Below are positions 28,101 to 43,100 of a DNA stretch of 64,000 nucleotides, piece by piece. The stretch's first letter is position 1; every line of letters begins with the position of its first letter. The position numbers and the translations under genes were made by a program. The notes beneath the pieces were generated by a model. It did no database searches. It had not been told where the DNA came from and saw nothing but the letters and a program-made list of their open reading frames with translations. This DNA comes from Eledone cirrhosa (Eukaryota): positions 5,704,001-5,768,000 of the forward strand of contig OZ024741.1 of the NCBI GenBank assembly GCA_964016885.1, written 5' to 3'.

Positions 28101-31100
28101 CGGAGACTCTCATTCCCACCTACTGTGCTGTAAGAGAGACTGTCATTACCAACTACTGTACTGTAACAGAGACTGTCATTACCACATACTGTAACAGAGA
28201 CTGTCATTACCAGCTACTCTACTGTAACAGAGACTGTCATTACCACATAATGTAACAGAGACTGTCATTACCACCTAGTGTACTGTAACAGAGACTGTCA
28301 TTACAACATACTGTAACAGAGACTGTCATTACCACCTACTGTGCTGTAACAGAGACTGTCATTACCACATACTGTAACAGAGACTGTCATTACCACCTAC
28401 TGTACTGTAACAGAGACTGTCATTACCACATACTGTAACAGAGACTGTCATTATCACCTACTGTGCTGTAACATAGACTGTCATTACCACCTACTGTACT
28501 GTAACAGAGACTGTACTTACTACATACTGTAACAGAGACTGTCATTACCACCTACTGTACTGTAACAGAGACTGTCATTACCACATAATGTAACAGAGAC
28601 TGTCATTACCACATAATGTAACAGAGGCTGACATTACCACGTACTGTAACAGAGGCTGTCATTAGCACCTACTGTACTGTAACAGAAACTGTCATTACCA
28701 CATACTGTAACAGAGAATATCATTACCACCTACTGTAACAGAGACTGTCATTACCACCTACTGTGCTGTAACAGACTGTCATTACCACATAATGTAACAG
28801 AGACTGTCATTACCACATACTGTAACAGAGACTGTCATTACCACCTACAGTGCTGTAACAGAGACTGTAATTACCACCTACTGTACCGTAACAGAGACTG
28901 TCATTACCACCTACTGTACTGTAACAGAGACTGTCATTACCACATAATGTAACAGAGACTGTCATTACCACATAATGTAACAGAGACGGTCTTTACCACC
29001 TACTGTACTGTAACAGAGACTGTCATTACCACCTACTGTAACAGAGGCTGTCATTACCACATACTGTAACAAAGGCTGTCCTTACCACCTACTCTACTGT
29101 AACAGAGACTTTCATTACCACCTACTCTACTGTAACAGAGGCTGTCATTACCACCTACTGTAACAAAGGCTGTTATTACCACCTACTGTACAGTAACAAA
29201 GGCTGTCATTACCACCTACTGTACTGTAACAGAGGCTGTCATTACCACCTACTGTACTGTAACAGAGACTGTCATCACCACCTACTGTAACAGAGACTGT
29301 CATTACCACCTACTGTAACATAGACTGTCATTACCACCTACTGTACTGTAACAGAGACTGTCATTACCACCTACTGTAACAAAGGCTGTCATTACCACCT
29401 ACTGTACTGTAACAAAGGCTGTCATTACCACCTACTTTACTGTAACAGAGACTGTCATTACCACCTACTGTAACATAGACTGTCATTACCACCTACTGTA
29501 ACAAAGCGTGTCATTACCACCTACTGTACTGTAACAAAGGCTGTCATTACCACCTACTGTACTGTAACAAAGGCTGTCATTACCACCTACTGTACTGTAA
29601 CAAAGGCTGTCATTACCACCTACTGTACTGTAACAGAGACTGTCATTACCACCTACTGTAACAGAGACTGCCATTAACACCTACTGTACTGTAACAGAGA
29701 CAGTTATTACCACCTATTGCACTGTAACAGAGACTGTCATTGCCACCTACTGTAACAGAGGCTGTCATTACCACCTACTGTACTGTAACATAGACTGTCA
29801 TTACCACCTACTGTAACAGAGACTGTCATTACCACCTACTGTAACAGAGACTGTCATTACCATATACTGTAACAGAGGCTGTCATTACCACCTACTGTAC
29901 TGTAACAGAGACTGTCATTACCACATACTGTAACAGAGACTGTCATTACCACCTACTGTGCTGTAACAGAGACTGTCATTACCACCTACTGTACTGTAAC
30001 AGAGACTGTCATTACCACATACTGTAAGAGTGACTGTCATTACCACCTACTGTACTGTAACAGAGACTGTCATTACCACATACAGTAACAGAGACTGATA
30101 TTACCACCTACTGTACTGTAACAGAGACTGTCATTACCACATAATGTAACAGAGACTGACTTTACCACCTACTGTAAGAAAGACTGTCATTACCACATAC
30201 TGTAACAGAGACTGTCATTACCACTTACTGTAACATAGACTGTCATTACCACCTACTGTAACAGAGACTCTCATTAACACCATACTGTAACAGAGACTGT
30301 CATTACCACCTACTGTAACAGAGACTGTCATTACCACCTACTGTACTGTAACAGAGACTGTCATTTCCACCTACTGTAACAGAGACTGTCATTAACACAT
30401 AATGTAACAGAGACTGTCATTACCACCTACTGTAACAGAGACTGTCATTACCACCTACTGTAGTGTAACAGAGACTGTCATTACCACCTACTGTAACAGA
30501 GACTGTCATTACCACCTACTGTAACAGAGACTATCATTACCACCTACTGTAACAGCGACTCTCATTAACACCTACTGTAACAGAGACTGTCATTACCACC
30601 TACTTTAACAGAGACTGTCATTACCACATATTGTAACAGAGGCTGTCATTACCACCTACTGTACTGTAACAGAGGCTGTCATTACCACCTACTGTACTGT
30701 AACAAAGGCTGTCATTACCACCTACTGTACTGAAACAGAGACTGTCATTACCACCTACTGTACTGTAACATAGACTGTCATTACCACCTACTGTACTGTA
30801 ACAGAAACTGTCATTACCACCTACTGTAACAGAGACTGTCATTACCACCTACTGTAACAGAGACTGTAATTACCACCTACTGTAACAAAGGCTGTCATTA
30901 CCACCTACTGTATTGTAACAGAGACTGTCACTACCACCTACTCTACTGTAACAGAGGCTGTCATTACCACCTACTGTAACAGAGACTGTCATTACCACCT
31001 ACTGTAACAGGGGCTGTCATTACCACCTACTGTAACAAAGGCTGTCATTACCACCTACTGTACTGTAACAGAGACTGTCACTACCACCTACTCTACTGTA

Positions 31101-34100
31101 ACAGAGGCTGTCCTTACCACCTACTGTAACAGAGACTGTCATTACCACCTACTGTAACAGAGGCTGTCATTACCACCTACTGTAATAAAGGCTGTCATTA
31201 CCACCTACTGTACTGTAACAGAGACTGTCACTACCACCTACTCTACTGTAACAGAGGCTGTCCTTACCACCTACTGTACCAGAGACTGTCATTACCACCT
31301 ACTCTACTGTAACAGAGACTGTCATTACCACGTACTGTAACAGAGACTGTTATTACCAACAACTGTAACAGAGGCTGTCATTACCACATATTGTAACAGA
31401 GGCTGTCATTACCACCTACTCTACCAGAGACTGTCATTAACACCTACTGTACTGTAACAGAGACTGTCATTACCACGTACTGTAACAGAGACTGTCATTA
31501 CCACGTAGTGTAACAGAGGCTGTCATTACCACCTACTGTAACATAGACTGTCATTACCAACTAATCTACTGTAACAGAGACTGTCATTACCACCTACTGT
31601 AACAGAGGCTGTCATTACCAACTACTGTAACAGAGACTGTCATTACAACCTACTGTAACAGAGACTGTCATTACCACCTACTGTAACAGCGACTCTCATT
31701 ACCACATACTGTAACAGAGGCTGTCATTACCAACTACTGTAACAGCGACTGTTAGTACCACCTACTGTACTGTAACAGAGACTGTCATTACCACATACTG
31801 TAACAGAGACTGTCATTACCACCTACTGTAACAGAGACTGTCATTACCACCTACTGTACTGTAACAGAGACTGTCATTACCACCTACTGTAACAGAGACT
31901 GTCATTACCACCTACTGTAACATAGACTGTCATTACCACCTACTGTACTGTAACAGAGACTGTCATTACCAGCTACTGTAACAGAGACTGTCATTACCGC
32001 ATACTGTAACAGAGACTGTCATTACCACCTACTGTAACAGCGACTCTCCTTACCACCTACTGTAACAGAGACTGTCATTACCACCTACTGTAGTGTAACA
32101 GAGACTGTCATTACCACCTACTGTAACAGAGACAGTCATTACCACTTACTGTAACATAGACTGTCATTACCACCTACTCTGCTGTAACAGAGACTGTCAT
32201 TACCACATACTGTAACAGAGACTGTCATTACCATCTACTGTGCTGTAACAGAGACTGTCATTACCACCTACTGTACTGTAACAGAGACTGTCATTACCAC
32301 CTACTGTACTGTAACAGAGACTGTCATTACCACATACTGTAACAGAGACTGTCATTACCACCTTCTGTACTGTAACAGAGACTGTCATTACAACATAATG
32401 TAACAGAGACTGTCATTACCACCTACTGTACTGTAACAGAGACTGTCATTACCACATACTGTAACAGAGACTGTCATTACCACCTACTCTGCTGTAACAG
32501 AGACTGTCATTACCACCTACTGTACTGTAACAGAGACTGTTATTACCACATACTGTAACAGAGTCTGTCATTACCACCTACTGTACTGTAACAGAGACTG
32601 TCATTACCACATAAGGTAACAGAGACTGTCATTACCATATAGTGTAACAGAGACTGTCGTTACCACCTACTGTAACAGAGACTGTCATTACCACCTACTG
32701 TGCTGTAACAGAGACTGTCATTAACACATACTGTAACAGAGACTGTCATTACCACCTACTGTGCTGTAACAGAGATTGTAATTACCACCTACTGTGCTGT
32801 AACAGAGACTGTCATTACCACCTAGTGTACTATAACAGAGACTGTCATTACCACATACAGTAATAGAGACTGACATTACCACCTACTGTACTGTAACAGA
32901 GAATGTCATTACCACCTACTGTACTGTAACATAGACTGTCATTACCACCTACTGTAACAAAGGCTGTCATTACCACCTACCGTACTGTAACAGAGACTCT
33001 CATTACCACCTACTGTAACAGAGACTGTCATTACCACCTACTGTAACAGAGACTGTCATTACCACCTACTGTAACGGAGACTGTCATTAACACCTACTGT
33101 AACAGAGACTGTCATTAACACATACTGTAACAGAGGCTGTCATTACCACCTACTATAACAGAGATTGTCATTACCACCTACTGTAACAGAGACTGTCATT
33201 ACCACCTAGTGTAAGAGAGACTGTCATTACCATCTACTGTACTGTAACAGAGACTGTCATTACCACCTACTGTAACAGCGACTCTCATTACCACATACTG
33301 TAACAGAGGCTGTCATTACCAACTAATGTAACAGCGACTGTTAGTACCACCTACTGTACTGTAACAGAGACTGTCATTACCACATACTGTAACAGAGACT
33401 GTCATTACCACCTACTGTATTGTAACAGAGACTGTCATTACCATCTACTGTACCAGAGACTGTCATTACCACCTACTGTAACATAGACTGTCATTACCAC
33501 CTACTGTACTGTAAGAGAGACTGTCATTTCCACCTACTGTACTGTAAGAGAGACTGTCATTACCACCTACTGTACTGTAACAGAAACTGTCATTACCACC
33601 TACTGTACTGTAAGAGAGACTGTCATTTCCACCTACTGTACTGTAAGAGAGACTGTCATTTCCACCTACTGTAACAGAGACTGTCATTACCACCTACTGT
33701 AACAGAGACTGTCATTACCACCTACTGTAGTGTAACAGAGACTGTCATTACCACCTACTGTAACAGAGACTGTCATTACCACCTACTGTAACAGAGACTG
33801 TCATTACCACCTACTGTAACATAGACTGTCATTACCACCTACTGTACTGTAACAGAGACTGTCATTACCACCTACTGTAACAGAGACTGTCATTACCACA
33901 TACTGTAACAGAGACTGTCATTACCACCTACTGTAACAGCGACTCTCATTAACACCTACTGTAACAGAGACTGTCATTACCACCTACTGTAGTGTAACAG
34001 AGACTGTCATTACCACCTACGGTAACAGAGACAGTCATTACCACCTACTGTAACAGAGAGTGTCATTACCACCTACTGTACTGTAACAGAGACTGTCATT

Positions 34101-37100
34101 ACCACCTACTGTAACAGAGACTGTCATTACCACATACTGTAACAGAGACTGTCATTACCACCTACTGTGCTGTAACAGAGAGGGCCATTACCACATACTG
34201 TCACAGAGACTGTCATTACCACCTACTGTGAAGTACCAGAGACTGTCATTACCACATAATGTACTGTAACAGAGACTGTCATTACCACCTACTATACTGT
34301 AACAGAGACTGTCATTACCACATACTGTATCAGAGACTGTCATTACCACCTACTGTACTGTATCAGAGACTGTCATTACCACATAATGTAACAGAGACTG
34401 TCATTACCACATACTGTAACAGAGACTGTCATTACCACCTACTCTGCTGTAACAGAGACTGTCATTACCACCTACTGTACTGTAACAGAGACTGTCGTTA
34501 CCACATGCTGTAACAGAGACTGTCATTACCACCTACTGTACTGTAACAGAGACTGTCATTACCACATAATGTAACAGAGACTGTCATTACCACCTACTGT
34601 ACTGTAACAGAGACTGTCATTACCACATACTTTAACAGAGACTGTCATTACCACCTACTGTAACGGAGACTGTCATTACCACCTACTGTACTGTAACAGA
34701 GGCTGTCATTACCATCTCCTGTAACAGAGACTGTCATTACCACCTACTGTAACAGACACTGTCATTACCACCTACTGTAACAGACACTGTCATTACCACC
34801 TACTGTACTGCAACAGAGACTGTCATTACCACCTACTGTACTGTAACAGAGGCTGTCATTACCACCTACTGTACTGCAACAGAGACTGTCATTACCACCT
34901 ACTGTACTGTAACAGAGACTGTCATTACCACCTACTGTACTGTAACAGAGACTGTCATTACCACCTACTGTACTGAAACAGAGACTGTCATTACCACCTA
35001 CTGTACTGCAACAGAGACTCTCATTACCACATACTGTAACAGAGGCTGTCATTACCACCTACTGTACTGCAACAGAGACTGTCATTACTACCTACTGTAA
35101 CAGAGGCTGTCATTACCACCTACTGTAACAGAGGCTGTCATTACCACCTACTGTAACAGAGACTGTCATTACCACCTACTGTACTGTAACAGAGGCTGTC
35201 ATTACCACCTACTGTAACAGAGGCTGTCATTACCACCTACTGTAACAGAGACTGTTATCATTACCTACTGTAACAGAGGCTGTCATTACCATCTACTGTA
35301 ACAGAGACAGTCATTACCACCTACTGTAACAGAGACTGTCGTTACCACCTACTGTAACAGAGGCTGTCATTACCACCTACTGTAACAGAGGCTGTCATTA
35401 CCACCTACTGTAACAGAGACTGTCATTACCACCTACTGTAACAGAGACTGTCATTACCACCTACTATAACAGAGATTGTCATTACCACCTACTGTAACAT
35501 AGGCTGTCATTACCACGTACTGTAACAGAGACTATCATTACCACCTACTCTACTGTAACAGCGACTGTCATTACCACCTACTGTACTGTAACAGAGACTG
35601 TCATTACCACATACTGTACTGTAACAGAGACTGTCATTACCACCTACTGTAACAAAGGCTGTCATTACCACCTACTCTACTGTAACAGCGACTGTCATTA
35701 CCACCTACTGTACTGTAACAGAGACTGTCACTACCACCTACTCTACTGTAACAGAGATTGTCATTACCACCTACTGTAACAGAGGCTGTCATTACCACCT
35801 ACTGTAACAGAGACTGTCATTACCACCTACTCTACTGTAAAAGCGACTGTCATTACCACCTACTGTAACAGAGGCTGTCATTACCAACTACTGTAACAGA
35901 GAGTGTCATTACCACATATTGTAACAGAGGCTGTCATTACCACCTACTCTACTTTAACAGAGGCTGTCATTACCACCTACTGTAACAGAGACTGTCATTA
36001 CCACCTACTGTACTGTAACAGATGTTGTCATTATCATCTACTGTAATAGAGACTGTCATTACCACCTACTGTAACATAGACTGTCATTGCCACCTACTGT
36101 AACAGAGGCTGTCATTACCACCTACTGTACTGTAACAGAGACTGTCATTACGACCTACTGTAACAGAGACTATCATTACCACCTACTGTACTGTAACGGA
36201 GACTGTTATTACCACCTACTGTACTGTAACATAGACTGTCATTACCACCTACTGTAACAGAGACTTTCATTAGCACCTACTGTAACATAGACTGTCATTA
36301 CCACCTACTGTAACAGAGGCTGTCATTACCACCTACTGTAACAGAGACTGTCATTACTACCTACTGTAACAGAGACTGTAATTACCACATACTGTAACAT
36401 AGACTGTCATTACCACATAATGTAACAGAGACTGTCATTACAACCTACTGTAACTGAGACTGTCATAACCATCTACTGTAGTGTAACAGAGACTGTCATT
36501 ACCACGTACTGTAACAGAGACTGTCATTACCACCTACTGTATCAGAGGCTGTCATTACCAACTACTGTAACAACGACTGTCATTACCACCTACTGTGCTG
36601 TAACAGAGACTGTCATTACCACATACTGTAACAGAGACTGTCATTAGCACCTACTGTAACATAGACTGTCATTACCACCTACTGTAACAGAGGCTGTCAT
36701 TACCACCTACTGTAACAGAGACTGTCATTACTACCTACTGTAACAGAGACTGTAATTACCACATACTGTAACATAGACTGTCATTACCACATAATGTAAC
36801 AGAGACTGTCATTACAACCTACTGTAACTGAGACTGTCATAACCATCTACTGTAGTGTAACAGAGACTGTCATTACCACGTACTGTAACAGAGACTGTCA
36901 TTACCACCTACTGTATCAGAGGCTGTCATTACCAACTACTGTAACAACGACTGTCATTACCACCTACTGTGCTGTAACAGAGACTGCCATTACCACATAC
37001 TGTAACAGAGACTGTCATTACCACCTACTGTAACAGAGACTGTCATTACCACATACATTAACAGAGACTGTCATTACCACCTACTGTAACATAGACTGTC

Positions 37101-40100
37101 ATTACCACCTAGTGTAACAGAGACTGTCATTACCATCTACTGTACTGTAACAGAGACTGTCATTACCACCTACTGTAACAGAAACTGTCATTACCACCTA
37201 CTGTACTGTAACAGAGACTGTAATTACCACCTACTGTAACAGAGACTGTAATTACCACCTACTGTAACAGAGACTGTAATTACCACCTACTGTAACAGAG
37301 ACTGTCATTACCACGTACTGTACTGTAACAGAGACGGTCATTACCACATACTGTAACAGCGACTGTCATTACCACATACTGTAACAGAGACTGTCATTAC
37401 CACCTACTCTGCTGTAACAGAGACTGTCATTACCACCTACTGTACTGTAACAGAGATTGTCATTACCACCTACTGTGCTCTAACAGAGACTGTCATTACC
37501 ACATAATGTAACAGAGACTGTCATTACCACATACTGTAACAGAGACTGTCATTACCACCTACTCTGCTGTAACAGTGACTGTCATTACCACCTACTGTAC
37601 TGTAACAGAGACTGTCATTACCACATACAGTAACAGAGACTGACATTACCACCTACTGTACTGTAACAGAGACTGTCATTACCACCTACTGTACCCTAAC
37701 AGAGACTGTCATTACCACCTACTGTACTGTAACAGAGACTCTCATTACCACATAATGTAACAGAGACTGTCATTACCACATAATGTAACAGAGACTGTCT
37801 TTACCACCTACTGTAAGAAAGACTGTCATTACCACATACTGTAACAGAGACTGTCATTACCACCTACTCTACTGTAACATAGACTGTCATTACCACCTAC
37901 TGTAACAAAGGCTGTCATTACCATCTACTGTACTGTAACAGAGACTGTCATTACCACCTACTGTAACAAAGGCTGTCATTACCACCTACTGTACTGTAAC
38001 AGAGACTGTCATTACCACCTACTGTAACAAAGGCCGTCATTACCACCTACTCTACTGTAACAGAGACTGTCATTACCACCTACTGTAACATAGACTGTCT
38101 TACCACCTACTGTAACAAAGGCTGTCATTACCACCTACTGTACTGTAACAGAGACTCTCATTACCACCTACTGTAACAGAGGCTGTCATTACCACCTACT
38201 GTAACAGAGGCTGTCATTACCACCTACTGTAACAGAGACTGTCATTACCACCTACTGTAACAGAGACTGTCATTACCACCTACTATAACAGAGATTGTCA
38301 TTACCACCTACTGTAACATAGGCTGTCATTACCACGTACTGTAACAGAGACTATCATTACCACCTACTCTACTGTAACAGCGACTGTCATTACCACCTAC
38401 TGTACTGTAACAGAGACTGTCATTACCACATACTGTACTGTAACAGAGACTGTCATTACCACCTACTGTAACAAAGGCTGTCATTACCACCTACTCTACT
38501 GTAACAGCGACTGTCATTACCACCTACTGTACTGTAACAGAGACTGTCACTACCACCTACTCTACTGTAACAGAGATTGTCATTACCACCTACTGTAACA
38601 GAGGCTGTCATTACCACCTACTGTAACAGAGACTGTCATTACCACCTACTCTACTGTAAAAGCGACTGTCATTACCACCTACTGTAACAGAGGCTGTCAT
38701 TACCAACTACTGTAACAGAGAGTGTCATTACCACATATTGTAACAGAGGCTGTCATTACCACCTACTCTACTTTAACAGAGGCTGTCATTACCACCTACT
38801 GTAACAGAGACTGTCATTACCACCTACTGTAACAGATGTTGTCATTATCATCTACTGTAATAGAGACTGTCATTACCACCTACTGTAACATAGACTGTCA
38901 TTGCCACCTACTGTAACAGAGGCTGTCATTACCACCTACTGTACTGTAACAGAGACTGTCATTACGACCTACTGTAACAGAGACTATCATTACCACCTAC
39001 TGTACTGTAACGGAGACTGTTATTACCACCTACTGTACTGTAACATAGACTGTCATTACCACCTACTGTAACAGAGACTTTCATTAGCACCTACTGTAAC
39101 ATAGACTGTCATTACCACCTACTGTAACAGAGGCTGTCATTACCACCTACTGTAACAGAGACTGTCATTACTACCTACTGTAACAGAGACTGTAATAACC
39201 ACATACTGTAACATAGACTGTCATTACCACATAATGTAACAGAGACTGTCATTACAACCTACTGTAACAGAGACTGTCATAACCATCTACTGTAGTGTAA
39301 CAGAGACTGTCATTACCACGTACTGTAACAGAGACTGTCATTACCACCTACTGTATCAGAGGCTGTCATTACCAACTACTGTAACAACGACTGTCATTAC
39401 CACCTACTGTGCTGTAACAGAGACTGTCATTACCACATACTGTAACAGAGACTGTCATTACCACCTACTGTAACAGAGACTGTCATTACCACATACATTA
39501 ACAGAGACTGTCATTACCACATACTGTAACATAGACTGTCATTACCACCTAGTGTAACAGAGACTGTCATTACCATCTACTGTACTGTAACAGAGACTGT
39601 CATTACCATCTACTGTACCAGAGACTGTCATTACCACCTACTGTACTGTAACAGAGACTGTAATTACCACCTACTGTAACAGAGACTGTAATTACCACCT
39701 ACTGTAACAGAGACTGTAATTACCACCTACTGTAACAGAGACTGTCATTACCACGTACTGTACTGTAACAGAGACGGTCATTACCACATACTGTAACAGC
39801 GACTGTCATTACCACATACTGTAACAGAGACTGTCATTACCACCTACTGTACTGTAACAGAGACTGTCATTACCACATACTGCAACAGAGACTGTCATTA
39901 CCACCTACTCTGCTGTAACAGAGACTGTCATTACCACCTACTGTACTGTAACAGAGATTGTCATTACCACCTACTGTGCTCTAACAGAGACTGTCATTAC
40001 CACATAATGTAACAGAGACTGTCATTACCACATACTGTAACAGAGACTGTCATTACCACCTACTCTGCTGTAACAGTGACTGTCATTACCACCTACTGTA

Positions 40101-43100
40101 CTGTAACAGAGACTGTCATTACCACATACAGTAACAGAGACTGACATTACCACCTACTGTACTGTAACAGAGACTGTCATTACCACCTACTGTACCCTAA
40201 CAGAGACTGTCATTACCACCTACTGTACTGTAACAGAGACTCTCATTACCACATAATGTAACAGAGACTGTCATTACCACATAATGTAACAGAGACTGTC
40301 TTTACCACCTACTGTAAGAAAGACTGTCATTACCACATACTGTAACAGAGACTGTCATTACCACCTACTCTGCTGTAACATAGACTGTCATTACCACCTA
40401 CTGTAACAAAGGCTGTCATTACCATCTACTGTACTGTAACAGAGACTGTCATTACCACCTACTGTAACAAAGGCTGTCATTACCACCTACTGTACTGTAA
40501 CAGAGACTGTCATTACCACCTACTGTAACAAAGGCTGTCATTACCACCTACTCTACTGTAACAGAGACTGTCATTACCACCTACTGTAACATAGACTGTC
40601 ATTACCACCTACTGTAACAAAGGCTGTCATTACCACCTACTGTACTGTAACAGAGACTCTCATTACCACCTACTGTAACAGAGACTGTCATTACCACCTA
40701 CTGTAACAGAGACTGTCATAACCCCCTACTGTATTGTAACAGAGACTGTCATTACCATCTACTGTACCAGAGACTGTCATTACCACCTACTGTAACATAG
40801 ACTGTCATTACCACCTACTGTAACAGAAACTGTCATTACCACCTACTGTACTGTAACAGAGACTGTCATTTCCACCTACTGTAACAGAGACTGTCATTAC
40901 CACATAATGTAACAGAGACTGTCATTACCACCTACTGTAACAGAGACTGTCATTACCACCTAGTGTAACAGAGACTGTCATTACCATCTACTGTACTGTA
41001 ACAGAGACTGTCATTACCACATAATGTAACAGAGACTGTCATTACCACCTACTGTAACAGAGACTGTCATTACCACCTACTCTAGTGTAACAGAGACTGT
41101 CATTACCACCTACGGTAACAGAGACAGTCATTACCACCTACTGTAACAGAGACTGTCATTACCACCTACTGTAATGTAACAGAGACTGTCATTACCACCT
41201 ACGGTAACAGAGACAGTCATTACCACCTACTGTAACATAGACTGTCATTACCACCTACTGTACTGTAACAGAGACTGTCATTACCACCTACTGTAACAGA
41301 GACTGTCATTACCACCTACTGTAACAGAGACTGTAATTACCACATACTGTAACATAGACTGTCATTACCACATACTGTAACAGAGACTGTCATAACCATC
41401 TACTGTAGTGTAACAGAGACTGTCATTACCACGTACTGTAACAGAGACTGTCATTACCACCTACTGTATCAGAGGCTGTCATTACCAACTACTGTAACAG
41501 AGACTGTAATTACCACATACTGTAACATAGACTGTCATTACCACCTACTGTAACAGAAACTGTCATTACCACCTACTGTACTGTAACAGAGACTGTCATT
41601 TCCACCTACTGTAACAGAGACTGTCATTACCACATAATGTAACAGAGACTGTCATTACCACCTACTGTAACAGAGACTGTCATTACCACCTACTGTAGTG
41701 TAACAGAGACTGTCATTACCACCTACGGTAACAGAGACAGTCATTACCACCTACTGTAACATAGACTGTCATTACCACCTACTGTACTGTAACAGAGACT
41801 GTTATTAACACCTACTGTAACAGAGACTGTCATTACCACCTACTGTAACAGAGGCTGTCATTACCACCTACTGTAACAGAGACTGTCATTACCACCTACT
41901 GTAACAGAGACTGTAATTACCACATACTGTAACATAGACCGTCATTACCACATACTGTAACAGAGACTGTCATAACCATCTACTGTAGTGTAACAGAGAC
42001 TGTCATTACCACGTACTGTAACAGAGACTGTCATTACCACCTACTGTATCAGAGACTGTCATTACCACCTACTGTAACAGAGACTGTAATTACCACCTAC
42101 TGTAACAGAGACGGTCATTACCACATACTGTAACAGCGACTGTCATTACCACATACTGTAACAGAGACTGTCATTACCACCTACTGTGCTGTCACAGAGA
42201 CTGTCATTACCACATACTGTAACAGAGACTGTCATTACCACCTACTGTAACAGAGACTGTCATTACCACATACATTAACAGAGACTGTCATTACCACCTA
42301 CTGTAACATAGACTGTCATTACCACCTACTGTACTGTAACAGAGACTGCAATTACCACCTACTGTAACAGAGACTGTAATTACCACCTACTGTAACAGAG
42401 ACTGTAATTACCACCTACTGTAACAGAGACTGTAATTACCACCTACTGTAACAGAGACTGTCATTACCACGTACTGTACTGTAACAGAGACGGTCATTAC
42501 CACATACTGTAACAGCGACTGTCATTACCACATACTGTAACAGAGACTGTCATTACCATCTACTGTACTGTAACAGAGACTGTCATTACCACCTACTCTG
42601 CTGTAACAGAGACTGTCATTACCACCTACTGTACTGTAACAGAGACTGTCGTTACCACCTACTGTAACAGAGACTGTCATTACCACCTACTGTGCTGTAA
42701 CAGAGACTGTCATTACCACATAATGTAACAGAGACTGTCATTACCACATACTGTAACAGAGACTGTCATTACCACCTACTGTACTGTAACAGAGACTGTC
42801 ATTACCACATACAGTAACAGAGACTGACATTACCACCTACTGTACTGTAACAGAGACTGTCATTACCACCTACTGTACTGTAACAGAGACTGTCATTACC
42901 ACCTACTGTACTGTAACAGAGACTCTCATTACCACATAATGTAACAGAGACTGTCATTACCACATAATGTAACAGAGACTGTCTTTACCACCTACTGTAA
43001 GAAAGACTGTCATTACCACATACTGTAACAGAGACTGTCATTACCACCTACTCTACTGTAACATAGACTGTCATTACCACCTACTGTAATGTAACAGAGA